A DNA stretch of 64,000 nucleotides from Candidatus Omnitrophota bacterium (GTDB lineage Bacteria > Omnitrophota > Gorgyraeia > Gygaellales > Profunditerraquicolaceae). The notes below the pieces were generated by a model. It searched no databases, was not told the DNA's origin, and was given only the letters and a program-made list of their open reading frames with translations. The translations under genes and the position numbers were made by a program. This document shows positions 1 to 10,544 of this stretch, one piece after another. The stretch is from assembly GCA_025453395.1 (NCBI GenBank), contig JALOQK010000006.1, positions 22,539 to 86,538 on the forward strand. Direction: 5' to 3'. Numbering within the stretch: position 1 is the first letter of the stretch; each line of letters starts with the position of its first letter.

Positions 1-376
1 CTGAGAAACGTTCCGATAGGCGCACAATACTTGAGATATGCTCTAATTGCTGGTCTATTTCGTTTACTTTAACAATAAAGCCCGAAGCTTTCAGGTTATT
101 AGCGCTTCTGAAGTTTTCATCATTAGTAAGGCCGGTAAGCATGAAAACCGGCAGATTCTGGTCGCCCTGGCGGATACGCCTTAAAGTTTCTATACCGTCC
201 ATCTGCGGCATCATAATATCCAAAAGCACCAGATCCGGCTTCTCCTGCTCGATCTTATCTAACGCTTCCTGACCGCTGTTTGCGATAACAACCTGAAAAT
301 CGCGCTCCTTAAGCTTAGGCTCAAGCATGCGAATAAAAAGCTTCTCGTCATCAACCAACAAAACTTTCTTGGGCAT
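1..376 (-). CDS. CheY-like response regulator receiver protein (3' end runs off window)
   Basis: Not in ORF track; manual translation from ATG at 376: MPKKVLLVDDEKLF...KPDLVLLDIMMPQMDGIETL...VFMLTG...GFIVK, with DD, phospho-acceptor D, T and K motifs; no stop before base 1. Confidence 0.9.
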   Translation of the reverse strand, partial: MPKKVLLVDDEKLFIRMLEPKLKERDFQVVIANSGQEALDKIEQEKPDLVLLDIMMPQMDGIETLRRIRQGDQNLPVFMLTGLTNDENFRSANNLKASGFIVKVNEIDQQLEHISSIVRLSERFS

Positions 377-380
377 AAAT

Positions 381-674
381 TTATTTCTGCTCAGGCACAG
401 GCACCTTGGGCGCTTGCGGAACCTGCTGCTGCATAGGCGCGGGCCTTCTTTGCATTGTCTTATCCTGCTGATAAGAAGCTCGCGGCGCGAACGCCTGAAT
501 AATACTTGCCGCAAAAAGGACAACTGACATACCGATAAAAACAACAGACACAATGCCTAAAACTTTTAACCTTTTATCTTCGGTCTTGCTTAAAGCAACT
601 AACACCAGAAATAAAACAGATAAAATTATTGTTGTAGGCAGCATCAAAGACATTATTATCCCCAGTATAGCCAT
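381..674 (-). CDS. Small two-TM membrane protein with Gln/Pro-rich tail
   Basis: Two hydrophobic helices separated by KTEDKRLK; AAGGAG SD upstream; resembles 56166-56465. Confidence 0.75.
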   Translation of the reverse strand: MAILGIIMSLMLPTTIILSVLFLVLVALSKTEDKRLKVLGIVSVVFIGMSVVLFAASIIQAFAPRASYQQDKTMQRRPAPMQQQVPQAPKVPVPEQK

Positions 675-697
675 TTGTTTCTCCTTTCGTTCTTAGT

Positions 698-725
698 ATT
701 ATAGCAAAAAAAACGGATTCCACAA
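698..725 (-). promoter_or_regulatory. Putative sigma70 promoter for 381-674 and the receiver gene
   Basis: Minus strand TTGTGG-N16-TATAAT with TGn extended -10. Confidence 0.5.
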
Positions 726-740
726 TAATTATTGTAAAAA

Positions 741-3700
741 CTAAGATTGTTTCTTCTTCTCTCTATCCTCTATTAATTTGGCGGCGATTTCCTGCGGGGC
801 CTGCATATAACATTTAAATTCCATAGAGCTGTTGGCCCTGCCGCTTGATAAAGAACGAAAGGCTGTGGCATAACCAAACATTTCCCCTAATGGGACATCC
901 GCGGAAATCAACTTTTGTTTACCCTTGGCATCCATATTCAGGATCTTGCCTCTTCTGGAGCAGATATAGCCGATAACACTATTAGTGTACTCATCAGGAG
1001 TAGAGACTTGAAGCGACATATAAGGCTCCAATAACACCGGCTTTGAGTGCATCACCGCGTCTTTGAAAGCCATGCTGGCGGCAATCTTAAAAGCAAGCTC
1101 CGAAGAATCTACCTCATGGAAAGAACCGTCCACTAAGGTAATTTTGATATCAACAACCGGATACCCCACATAAACGCCCTTGAGCATTGCCTCTTTCACG
1201 CCCTTCTCTACCGACGGAATAAAAGATCTTGGGATCGCCCCGCCTTTTATGGCGTCCACAAATTCAAAACCTCCTGCCGGACCCAAGGGAGCTATTTCAA
1301 TAACTACATGCCCATACTGGCCGCGGCCTCCGGTTTGACGGATGTATTTGCCTTCGGCCTTAAAGGTTTCAGTAACAGTCTCCCGATAAGCAACCTTCGG
1401 CTGGCCCACAATAGCGTCCACGCCAAATTCTACTTTAAGCCGGTCCACAATAATCTCAAGGTGCAATTCCCCCATGCCGGTAAGAAGCGTCTCTTGAGTT
1501 TCTTCATCGCTGGATACGATAAAAGTTGGGTCTTCATCGGACAAACGAGCCAAAGCCCTGCCAAGCTTATCCTGGTCTGCCCGGGTTTTGGGAGAAATAC
1601 TCAAAGAAACAACTGGGATAGGAAATTGTATCGCCTCCAGAAGCACGGGATTCTTAGGGGCACAAAGAGTGTCTCCGGTTGTGGCATCTGATAAACCGAT
1701 CAAGGCCACTATCTCGCCGGCGTAGGCATAATCAATATTTTCGCGCTGATTAGCGTGCATGCGCACAATTCTTCCCACGCGCTCTTTTTTATCTTTGCGC
1801 ACGTTTAATATATAAGTGCCGGTTCGCAAGACCCCTGAATACACGCGCACATAAACTAATTTTCCCATGTGCGGATCAGACTGGATCTTAAATGCCAAGC
1901 CTGTAAACGGCTCTTCAAAATCCGGATGGCGCTCTATAAGAGTTTCCGGGTTAGAAACATCATGCGCTTTAACCGCAGGCAGATCTAAAGGGGAAGGTAA
2001 AAACATCCCCACAGAATCAAGCAGTTTCTGTATCCCCTTATTCTTAAAAGCTGCTCCGCACAAGACTGGAATTAGTTTATTGGCAATGGTGGCCTTACGA
2101 ATAACTTTGATCAGCTCGTCATTAGTAATGCTTTCTGCATTCTCCAGATATTTTTTGGTCAATTCTTCGTCACAGGTAGAAACTTTTTCCAACAAAATAT
2201 GGCGGTATTCTTTGGCCTTTTCTTTATATTCCTCGGGGATTTCTTCAATATTGAAATTCTTACCCTGCGCGTCTTGCTCTTTATAAACATAGGCCTTCAT
2301 CTCTATCAAATCAATAATGCCTTTAAAATTATCTTCCGCTCCCACAGGCAAAACAATCGCCACCGCATTTGCTTCCAAATCTTCTTCTATTGCCTTTAAC
2401 ACCGCGTAGAAATCAGCGCCTGTCCTGTCCATCTTATTTACAAAAGCTAACTTCGGAACATTATATTTATTAGACTGCCTCCAGACGGTTTCTGACTGAG
2501 GCTCTACCCCTCCTACGGCGCAGAAAACCGCAACCGCCCCGTCTAATACGCGCAGTGACCGCTCCACCTCTACTGTAAAATCCACATGGCCGGGAGTATC
2601 AATAATGTTAATCCGGTTTTTATTCCAGTAACAAGTAGTCGCCGCTGCGGTAATGGTAATGCCTCTTTCCTGCTCCTGCTTCATCCAATCCATCTGGGCC
2701 TTACCATCATGCACTTCTCCGAGCTTATGAGATCTGCCGGTATAAAAAAGAATGCGCTCCGTAAGGGTAGTCTTGCCAGCGTCAATATGCGCCATGATCC
2801 CAATATTTCTTAGATCTTCTAATTTAAAATTTGGTTCCGGAATTAAAACATCTTCTTCAGAAACAGCTTCTTGCGGCTTTACAGGGGAATCTTCTTGCGT
2901 TTCCTCTGGCCGCACAACCGGCTCTTGCGGCTTGGCAGGTTCAACATCAACTTGCCTGATATTCTCTTGGCCGGCCGGGCTTTCTTCTTTAGCTGCTTGC
3001 TCGCAAGAGATCTCTTGTTTTAGGGGCTCTTCCTGCGGCGCTTCAAACTGGGCGCGGCTATTCAATTGATTTTTAAGCGCCATTATTTCGTCAACCAGTT
3101 TCTTGATCTTTTCTTCTTTAGCATCAAGCTCTTTCTCAAGGCCGGTATATTCCTCATTAAGATTATTAAAATCCTGCTTGGGCACCCATTCGCTTAACTT
3201 TTCCCTCTCCCGAAGCTGCGAAATTAATATATCTTTTTCCTTGATCGTCTTGGCATGCCGCTCTATCTGATGTTTCATAGATTCAATCTGGTCGGATTTA
3301 TTCTTATTATCTTTAACAAGCGAGTTCATATCCAAACTCATATCATTCATCTGGCGGCTTAACTCTACATTGCGGGTAAAATTATCCTGAAGCTCTTTTT
3401 CTCTATCGGTAAACTTTTTCTTTACCGACTGATTTTCTTCCTGAAGGCGTGTTATCTCTTCCCCTTCTTTCTTGATCCACTCTTCCCTGCGTTTAATCTC
3501 TATATTCATCTGGGATTCAACCGTCTGAAGGCGATCAAGATTAGCCTGCATAGAAAGAAAATTAGTATTAGATTTATCAAGCTCTGAGCGGGTTTTATCC
3601 AATTCCTCCTGAAGGCGCAATATTTTCTGCTCTTTAGCGATAATGCCGTCTTCAACGCTTTTTTCGCGCCGCGCCTTTTTTACAGATGCTTTGCCGGCAG

Positions 3701-3767
3701 GCATCATTAACCCGTAGATTGCCAAGCCTACGCCGAAAACAAAAATTGAAATCAAGAAAATTAACAT
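741..3767 (-). CDS. fusA: Elongation factor G paralog with ~310-aa N-terminal TM anchor, coiled coil and linker
   Basis: From aa ~310: [61 protein letters not shown]; aa 1-22 hydrophobic; aa ~40-240 heptad-rich. Confidence 0.95.
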   Translation of the reverse strand: MLIFLISIFVFGVGLAIYGLMMPAGKASVKKARREKSVEDGIIAKEQKILRLQEELDKTRSELDKSNTNFLSMQANLDRLQTVESQMNIEIKRREEWIKKEGEEITRLQEENQSVKKKFTDREKELQDNFTRNVELSRQMNDMSLDMNSLVKDNKNKSDQIESMKHQIERHAKTIKEKDILISQLREREKLSEWVPKQDFNNLNEEYTGLEKELDAKEEKIKKLVDEIMALKNQLNSRAQFEAPQEEPLKQEISCEQAAKEESPAGQENIRQVDVEPAKPQEPVVRPEETQEDSPVKPQEAVSEEDVLIPEPNFKLEDLRNIGIMAHIDAGKTTLTERILFYTGRSHKLGEVHDGKAQMDWMKQEQERGITITAAATTCYWNKNRINIIDTPGHVDFTVEVERSLRVLDGAVAVFCAVGGVEPQSETVWRQSNKYNVPKLAFVNKMDRTGADFYAVLKAIEEDLEANAVAIVLPVGAEDNFKGIIDLIEMKAYVYKEQDAQGKNFNIEEIPEEYKEKAKEYRHILLEKVSTCDEELTKKYLENAESITNDELIKVIRKATIANKLIPVLCGAAFKNKGIQKLLDSVGMFLPSPLDLPAVKAHDVSNPETLIERHPDFEEPFTGLAFKIQSDPHMGKLVYVRVYSGVLRTGTYILNVRKDKKERVGRIVRMHANQRENIDYAYAGEIVALIGLSDATTGDTLCAPKNPVLLEAIQFPIPVVSLSISPKTRADQDKLGRALARLSDEDPTFIVSSDEETQETLLTGMGELHLEIIVDRLKVEFGVDAIVGQPKVAYRETVTETFKAEGKYIRQTGGRGQYGHVVIEIAPLGPAGGFEFVDAIKGGAIPRSFIPSVEKGVKEAMLKGVYVGYPVVDIKITLVDGSFHEVDSSELAFKIAASMAFKDAVMHSKPVLLEPYMSLQVSTPDEYTNSVIGYICSRRGKILNMDAKGKQKLISADVPLGEMFGYATAFRSLSSGRANSSMEFKCYMQAPQEIAAKLIEDREKKKQS

Positions 3768-4832
3768 CTATTTAATCTCCGCTAATTCATAATCAAGGCT
3801 GCCAAGCCCGAGCTTTTGGGCATATTCCAATTGCCGCAAGGCGTCTCTCTCGGGATGGGCCTTTTTAAAAACATCTTCTCCGGATTTCTTCAAAACTGAA
3901 TCAAAACAGGCCTTATCTATTGCTACCGGATCACTTGAAGCAAATATCCCTACGTCCGGACAGATGCTGGGGTCATCCTTGGCCAGGCAATCACATTCCT
4001 TGGTGATCTTTAAAGCAAAATTAATAAAACACGCCGGTTTAGACATTCCCTTAAGCAACGCGAAGGCATATTCTACCATCTTTTCCTGGATTGTGGAACT
4101 GCCAGATTCCCATTTCACATCAATGGCTTTTTTAGGGCAAACCGCGATACAACTGGCGCAGCCAATGCAAAGCTTCTGATCTATAACAGCCGAATCTTTA
4201 TTTAAGCTTATTGCCTTGACAGGGCAGACATCTACACAATGTCCACAAACAATACAAGAATCTTTATGCACCACAGGGCACAAATCTGAATGCTGCGCTA
4301 ATTTCCCCTCTCGAGAAGCGCAGCCCATGCCGATATTTTTCAAGGCCCCGCCAAAACCAGTCATAATATGCCCCTTAAAATGCGCGATATCCACTAAGGC
4401 ATCCACATCATTAAAAAATGAGGAAATTTTTGCCTCTTTGACATATTTTTTGTTAATAACAACCTCTGTGCTTTTATCGCAGCCTATTTCAACAGGGGCA
4501 TGGATATTTTCCAGAAAGAAGCCGTGTTCTCTGGCCAGCAACAGATGCTCTTCGGATTTCACTCTTCTTCCGCAATAAAGGGTATTGGTATCAACCGCCA
4601 CCGGCAGGGCTTTCTTTTCTTTGATCATATCAGAAACCGCGCGCACATATTCCGGCTTAACAAAACCAGTATTGCCTTCTTCGCCAAAATGCAGTTTTAA
4701 CGCTACTTTCGCGCCTGAACGGATAAAATCCAAAACCGCGCTGGCTTTAAGCAAACGGTTAAATTTGGCCAGAATATCCCGCTTTTCCTGTTTATCTAAC
4801 ACTGAAACAAAATATACTTTGCTTTTTTCCAT
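3768..4832 (-). CDS. DUF362 family protein with 2x[4Fe-4S] ferredoxin insert
   Basis: KLHFGEEGN, HFKGH..GFGGALKNIGMG, two CxxCxxCxxxCP motifs, DPVAID. Confidence 0.88.
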   Translation of the reverse strand: MEKSKVYFVSVLDKQEKRDILAKFNRLLKASAVLDFIRSGAKVALKLHFGEEGNTGFVKPEYVRAVSDMIKEKKALPVAVDTNTLYCGRRVKSEEHLLLAREHGFFLENIHAPVEIGCDKSTEVVINKKYVKEAKISSFFNDVDALVDIAHFKGHIMTGFGGALKNIGMGCASREGKLAQHSDLCPVVHKDSCIVCGHCVDVCPVKAISLNKDSAVIDQKLCIGCASCIAVCPKKAIDVKWESGSSTIQEKMVEYAFALLKGMSKPACFINFALKITKECDCLAKDDPSICPDVGIFASSDPVAIDKACFDSVLKKSGEDVFKKAHPERDALRQLEYAQKLGLGSLDYELAEIK

Positions 4833-4835
4833 GGG

Positions 4836-7292
4836 CTACTGGGATTTAAAGAATATGTCCGTAAAACTTTTAATTATTGATCCGACTGCCGGCTTAAACT
4901 TATATTTTGGCTCTTTGAGCGTTCCGCCTATAGTAATCAAGCCAAAACGCGTAGCCTGCCCTAATATCGCGGTAGTAATATCGCGTATGCCGCCGGTTAA
5001 GGGGGCATCGGGAGAAATCTCCACATTTAAAGAAGCATCCAGGGAGGAATCAAAGCCAATCAGGGCATTTCCTTTAATTGTAGCCAAATTACTGATAAGG
5101 ATCAAATTATCCGTTGATATCTTTTGTTTACCCACGATAAAATCACATCCGCCTTGGGTAAAAACTACGTTCGTAAAATCAGTGGTAAATAAAAGCTTGC
5201 CTATGCCCTTAAGCAAATTTAGATTCCAAAGTTTACCGTTATAGACTAAAACCCTTCCCGCGCCTTCTATATTTTGCAGATCATTGCCTTTTCCGGCCAA
5301 TTCAAACTGAGCGGATAAAAGCCCGGACAGGTCAGAATCCTTGGCTTGGGTGTCCATCTTTAAACGCTCAAGCTTTACATTATCAATAACTGCGCGCAAA
5401 GAAAACGGCATGGATGCCTCACGCAAATCTACTGTTGCCGTGCCAGTTATTTTACCTTCGTATAGAAAAGCTACGAGGTCAGAAAACTTTCCCATACCGG
5501 AATTTTGAGCATAAACTGCCTGCAGGCCATCTAATTTTATTCCATAAAGAGAAACTGGAGAAGTTTTTATATCCATTTTAAGGGAAGCTTTGGGCAGGGC
5601 ATTTAAATAGCCGTTTAACTCAAACAATACCTCTGCCTTGCCATTTAAAGAGGCTTTTTCAAGCTGCGGCTTTAATGCAAGCGGAACAACATTAATTATA
5701 TCTTTTAAATCTACCGAAGCTGTTGCTCTTACTCCGGCAAGGGCAACCGCCTGAGAAAGATCAAATGAGCCAGAAGCTGATACCTCAGAATTAGAATACC
5801 GGGCTTTGAATTTTGACAAAACCAAAACCTTGCCGCTGGAAGCAAATTCTGCGACTGCCGACAGATCCGCAGATGATATTGATATAATTCCCGACGGGCT
5901 TGACAGGCTTAAGATTGAACCCGAAGACTGACAGGCCTTATTCATATAGCCGAATCTTAAATTATCCCATTGCAGGCTATCCCGCGTAAAATTTATCCTG
6001 CCATTTACTTTTTCAATAGCAGCTGGCAGCTTTTCTTGCTTGATGTTCACATCCTTTAAATCTAAAGCGCCGGTTACTTTAAGCCTGTCTAAAGAAAGCG
6101 GCAGCACAGATGACACTTGACAGGCCAATACCGCATCGCCATCCATTTTATAAATAGCGGTAATCTTAAATTTATTGTTTAAAGCGTCCTGCAATAGCGC
6201 CATGCCAAAAGAAGAATTAAGCTTTAAATCAAAAGCTGGCGCCTGAAGGCTATTATCCAGTTTTAACTCTGCCTGAAAAGGAACACCCGAAACAGAAGCA
6301 TTAATGCCTTTTAATACCGCCTGCTTATCATCAAATTGGGCGTTACAAGAAAAGTTATCCAAACGGCCTATATGGTCTATACCGGTAATACTGGCATCCT
6401 GGATGCGCGCCTTACCGGCATAGCTTAATTGTTTATCTGCAAGGCCGTATTTAATGCTGGTATCCCCGGAAAAAGACGCGTCAAAACCCAGTTTATCTTT
6501 AATAAAATTAAACTTAGCCGCAGAGAAATTTAAATTGGCGCTTAAAATCCCTTCTTTAAACTGCAGGTCTGCCTTTGAGCTTAAGATGCCGTTTTTAAGC
6601 TTGATACCCAAGGCATCCATGTAAACAGCAAATTGCGCAAGGTCAAAATTATCTAAATCAACATGCGCGGATAGATCTTTCTGCGGGATGCGGTATTGCC
6701 CGGAAAAGGAGACCAAAGATGAAATTACCGCCTGCCCGCGAAATTTAACGCTTGCCGGAAGGGACAGGTAAACGGTTAAATCTAAATCTTCGATTTGCTT
6801 ATTGAACACGGGCTGAAACATATTGTCTTTAAAATCAACCCGCGCTTTAGAAATAACCATTTTCCGCACTACAAAATTAAGCGCGCTCGAAGAAAATTTA
6901 TTTGCTGAAGCATTTGTGAATAAAGATAAAATATCGATGCCGCCGAACTTATCGCGAGAAACCCATATTTGCGGATTAAGAAGATGCACCGAAGAAATAA
7001 CGATTCTCTTTTGGATAGGAAAGATAAAAAAGCTTATATAGGTTTTGGGAAGATATATATAGGTGCGGCTGTCATCAAATATCTTAAAATCCGTTAAAAC
7101 TATCCCTCTAAAAATATTAAGCTTTAACGAACTTAAGCTTACTTTTTTCCCGGTTACGTTTTGGCTGGCTTCAATAATGGCGGATTTTATTTTGGTAGGC
7201 AGGTACACCCTATCCAGGTAAAAAAAACAAAAAGTTAAGGCAAGAATAACGGCCAGTAAAAAAATAAGCGCCAGTTTGATCTTTTTGAACAT
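4836..7292 (-). CDS. AsmA-like/DUF748 envelope-bridging protein
   Basis: N-terminal TM after MFKKIK (ATG 7292 preferred over track start 7337), beta-rich repeats, C-terminal ITIGGTLKEPKY AsmA-type motif. Confidence 0.75.
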   Translation of the reverse strand: MFKKIKLALIFLLAVILALTFCFFYLDRVYLPTKIKSAIIEASQNVTGKKVSLSSLKLNIFRGIVLTDFKIFDDSRTYIYLPKTYISFFIFPIQKRIVISSVHLLNPQIWVSRDKFGGIDILSLFTNASANKFSSSALNFVVRKMVISKARVDFKDNMFQPVFNKQIEDLDLTVYLSLPASVKFRGQAVISSLVSFSGQYRIPQKDLSAHVDLDNFDLAQFAVYMDALGIKLKNGILSSKADLQFKEGILSANLNFSAAKFNFIKDKLGFDASFSGDTSIKYGLADKQLSYAGKARIQDASITGIDHIGRLDNFSCNAQFDDKQAVLKGINASVSGVPFQAELKLDNSLQAPAFDLKLNSSFGMALLQDALNNKFKITAIYKMDGDAVLACQVSSVLPLSLDRLKVTGALDLKDVNIKQEKLPAAIEKVNGRINFTRDSLQWDNLRFGYMNKACQSSGSILSLSSPSGIISISSADLSAVAEFASSGKVLVLSKFKARYSNSEVSASGSFDLSQAVALAGVRATASVDLKDIINVVPLALKPQLEKASLNGKAEVLFELNGYLNALPKASLKMDIKTSPVSLYGIKLDGLQAVYAQNSGMGKFSDLVAFLYEGKITGTATVDLREASMPFSLRAVIDNVKLERLKMDTQAKDSDLSGLLSAQFELAGKGNDLQNIEGAGRVLVYNGKLWNLNLLKGIGKLLFTTDFTNVVFTQGGCDFIVGKQKISTDNLILISNLATIKGNALIGFDSSLDASLNVEISPDAPLTGGIRDITTAILGQATRFGLITIGGTLKEPKYKFKPAVGSIIKSFTDIFFKSQ

Positions 7293-7308
7293 AAATTTTT
7301 TTGGAAAA

Positions 7309-8778
7309 CTAAAGAATGAATTCCGGCTTCTTGACAAGCGGGTTATTTCTTATCTGTTCTTTAACCGCCTCACAAAGCCCTGGTTTGTCCAATTTAAAAT
7401 ACATATAATTCTTATAGCCCTCTACCCCCGGTTGGTCAAAGGCATTGATACCCAGAAGCTCTGCTTCAAAAGCAATTGAAATCTGAAAGAAGGCCAGCAG
7501 CGCCCCCCAATAATATGGGGTTATCTCAGGTAAAATAACCGTGCAATTCGGGCGCTTTTCTCTCACCAGCGCCCACTGGGTAGCTTCCTGCGCCAAAGAG
7601 AGAAGGCTGCCATAAGATTTTCCATCAAGGATATCCTTATTCACGGGAAGCTTAATATCATTCTTAAAACGCTCTATTTTGATAAAAGTAACCGCTTTAT
7701 CGTTTCTGCCCTCTATATTATTCTGCTGTATGGAATGCAAGTCATTGGTCCCGCGGCAAGAAACAGGAGTCCTGCCCACATTCACCAGTTTGTCTTTATC
7801 CATCTGCCAGTTTTCCGTGCCGTCATTATTCACAATTATCTTACGCGCGTATTTTTTACCCAGGCTTTCGCCTAAAAGCTGGCTATACCAATCAGCGGTT
7901 GATTTCAAAGTCTCGGCAAATGGCATCATAATAGCGATAAACTTATCCTTCTTTTTGTAAAGTATATAATGCAAAAGCGCGTACATGTAGGCGGGATTCT
8001 GTAAAACTTGCTTATTCTGGCAGCGCTTGAACATATCCCTTGCTCCAGATAAAACTTCTTCCATATTTATCCCGCAAACCGCCAAATGCAACAAACCCAT
8101 GTTAAACTCCGAGAATCTTCCTCCCACGCCTTTTAACAAGTCTAAGCTTCTGAAACTATCCGGATCTTTCTGATTAGCCATATCTGCTTTCTTGCGCAAT
8201 GCCCCGGATGAAGGGTCAGTAATAGCCACGATCTGCCGGAGGTATTTAGGGCCGGCATTCTTCTTTAACCACGCCTGCACCACAGAAAAAGCGGCCTTGG
8301 TTTCCGTAGTCTCTCCAGACTTGGAGATAACTACCACAAAGGTCTTCTTGGCCTTAAGGCTTTTTAATAAAACGCTTAAAGTCTGGGGGTCGAGATTATT
8401 GCCTTCAAAATATACCCGGGGTTTTTTCTTTCTTAAAGAAGAGAAATCATTGTAATAAGCGCTTGTAAGCGCGTCAGAAGCAGCTTTCAGGCCCAGATAT
8501 GACCCTCCAATGCCTAAGAAAATAACATTTTCGTATTTTTTATTGATTTCTGCTGCCAGCTTCTTGGTCTTGGCAATAATTTCAGCTGATTGACAAGGAA
8601 GATCAATCCAGGCAAGCGAGAGATTAAGCTTATCTTGAGGATTCAAAAAAACTTTATCCAAATGCCGAACAGCTTGCTGGCAAGCCTCTTTTAATTCTTC
8701 TATGTCGCCAAGGCCAACTCCGTGTTCACCAACATTTATTTCAAACATATTGTTAAAATCAAACTTAATATTTTCCAT
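7309..8778 (-). CDS. pgi: Glucose-6-phosphate isomerase
   Basis: GIGGSYLG, VISKSGETTET, VGGRFS, QLLGESLGK, DLHS, FDQPGVE. Confidence 0.95.
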   Translation of the reverse strand: MENIKFDFNNMFEINVGEHGVGLGDIEELKEACQQAVRHLDKVFLNPQDKLNLSLAWIDLPCQSAEIIAKTKKLAAEINKKYENVIFLGIGGSYLGLKAASDALTSAYYNDFSSLRKKKPRVYFEGNNLDPQTLSVLLKSLKAKKTFVVVISKSGETTETKAAFSVVQAWLKKNAGPKYLRQIVAITDPSSGALRKKADMANQKDPDSFRSLDLLKGVGGRFSEFNMGLLHLAVCGINMEEVLSGARDMFKRCQNKQVLQNPAYMYALLHYILYKKKDKFIAIMMPFAETLKSTADWYSQLLGESLGKKYARKIIVNNDGTENWQMDKDKLVNVGRTPVSCRGTNDLHSIQQNNIEGRNDKAVTFIKIERFKNDIKLPVNKDILDGKSYGSLLSLAQEATQWALVREKRPNCTVILPEITPYYWGALLAFFQISIAFEAELLGINAFDQPGVEGYKNYMYFKLDKPGLCEAVKEQIRNNPLVKKPEFIL

Positions 8779-8847
8779 GATTGCTCATCCCCTGTTTATT
8801 AAAAAAAATGTTCCCGATATTTTCCTAATTTTATCACATCCGACAGC

Positions 8848-10524
8848 TTATGCAACATTTCTTCTTGGGAAATAGAATGCTGAAAGCCCAAGAATAAAAA
8901 TAAATATAAGCGCTAAACAGGAAACTGTTACAGCTATGGCGCGCACCGGAGTATAGCCGAATTTTATCCTGATGCTATGAACCCCTGCGGGGATCATAAA
9001 TTCAATAAGCCCGTTGGGAGAGCTTGCCCAAACTTCTGTTTTTGCCCCATCTATCCAAACCTGCCAGCCGGGAAAATAAAAAACATCATAATAGGCGTTG
9101 GTTTTTGAAGCGCAGGATACTGAAAATAATTTCTCAAGAGAAGAAATGCCCTGCTTGTCCAAAACCTGTAAGTTTGCCTGCCCGGAAGAAGAAAATATGG
9201 AATCCTGATGCGGTTTCCTGGGCATCTGTTTTACCCAGATAGGAGTATATTCCTTGGCATCGGGAAGATGCATGTAATCCAAAAGCTCTCTTACATCACC
9301 AACATTAAGCCAATCACTGTTCCATAAAGGCTTGGTAGTGTTTACCTGGCAATAAAAAATATTAGCCACAACCACAAGAACCGCTAAGAATATATTTACA
9401 AAGCGCATAATCCTGTTTTGGGCGATCAAAGACACGCCGGCGGCTAAAAAAGACGCGCTTAAAGTAACAAGGGTTAAAAAACGCCAGGGAAATTGAACAT
9501 ATGAAAGCATGGGTATTTTCTCCCAGAAGAAAGAAGAGGCAGTCAGAGTAAAAAAACATGATACTAACATAAGGCCAAGGAAAAATAAAACCTGCCTGAA
9601 GGTTTCCCGATAGACACGGTAGATCCTTAAAAGCATAAAAACTGCCACAGTTGAGAAAATAAGATGCAAGGGGCCAATTTGGAAAGACATCCCGTCGTAT
9701 GGCCCGGATAGAGAATCTCCATAACCCCATTTAGAATAAATAAGCTGCCAGGGATAAACAAAGTGGTTAATATACTGCCAGCGCCCGCCGATCATATTAT
9801 GGATCTGAACAAAATTCTTCTCAAGGATCGCCGGAAGCCAAAAAAACGCGCCTAAGGATAAACCGGTAATCATGCTGGACAACAAGTAAAAGATATTCTT
9901 TCGGCATAAAACGATTGCGTAAACAAAAGCTACCGGAAAAAACAGCATGCACATAATATTGTGCGACAGGCTTAAAGCAGCCACCGATAAAGCGGCCAGG
10001 ATAAAATACCCCTTGGAGGATTTAAGGCTTAAGCGATACAGCGATAAAAGAATAAAAGGAAACACGGCAAAAGAACTAAATTCCGCAAACGCCCCTCTGA
10101 CATAGATATCCACGATATGATACGGGGCAAAGGTATAACAGACACCGGCTAAGAAAGCGCCTGTCTTAGGGAAAAATTCCCGCGCGAATAAATACATCCC
10201 CACAGCGGAAACAATCCAGAAAAATACAGCAGCAATATTTAAAGAGGCGACCACCCCTACGCCTAAAAGGACGAATGCGTGCGCGGCGTAATAAAAAAGC
10301 GGCGGATAGAAATTAAAAAGCGGATACCCGAAACCAAAATTAAAATTACCCACCCACCTGACCATAAATTGCCCGTCGCCAAAACAACGGTATAGCGACA
10401 CCTGGCGGATAAAACCCGCGGCAGAATCATGCCCCAGATTTAATTTATCATTTAATAAGCCCCGGCAGGCCAACAAAGATGCCAAAACAAGAACAGCCAG
10501 TAAAATCCAATCATTTCTTTTCAT
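8848..10524 (-). CDS. PTPS-related/YfhO-like multi-TM protein (GT-C fold glycosyltransferase)
   Basis: GHD, GFGYPLFNFYPPL, RGAFAE, QFPWRFL, YFPGWQV..DG motifs; many TM helices. Confidence 0.8.
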   Translation of the reverse strand: MKRNDWILLAVLVLASLLACRGLLNDKLNLGHDSAAGFIRQVSLYRCFGDGQFMVRWVGNFNFGFGYPLFNFYPPLFYYAAHAFVLLGVGVVASLNIAAVFFWIVSAVGMYLFAREFFPKTGAFLAGVCYTFAPYHIVDIYVRGAFAEFSSFAVFPFILLSLYRLSLKSSKGYFILAALSVAALSLSHNIMCMLFFPVAFVYAIVLCRKNIFYLLSSMITGLSLGAFFWLPAILEKNFVQIHNMIGGRWQYINHFVYPWQLIYSKWGYGDSLSGPYDGMSFQIGPLHLIFSTVAVFMLLRIYRVYRETFRQVLFFLGLMLVSCFFTLTASSFFWEKIPMLSYVQFPWRFLTLVTLSASFLAAGVSLIAQNRIMRFVNIFLAVLVVVANIFYCQVNTTKPLWNSDWLNVGDVRELLDYMHLPDAKEYTPIWVKQMPRKPHQDSIFSSSGQANLQVLDKQGISSLEKLFSVSCASKTNAYYDVFYFPGWQVWIDGAKTEVWASSPNGLIEFMIPAGVHSIRIKFGYTPVRAIAVTVSCLALIFIFILGLSAFYFPRRNVA

Positions 10525-10544
10525 ATTTTCTTCGGGCCTTAGGA

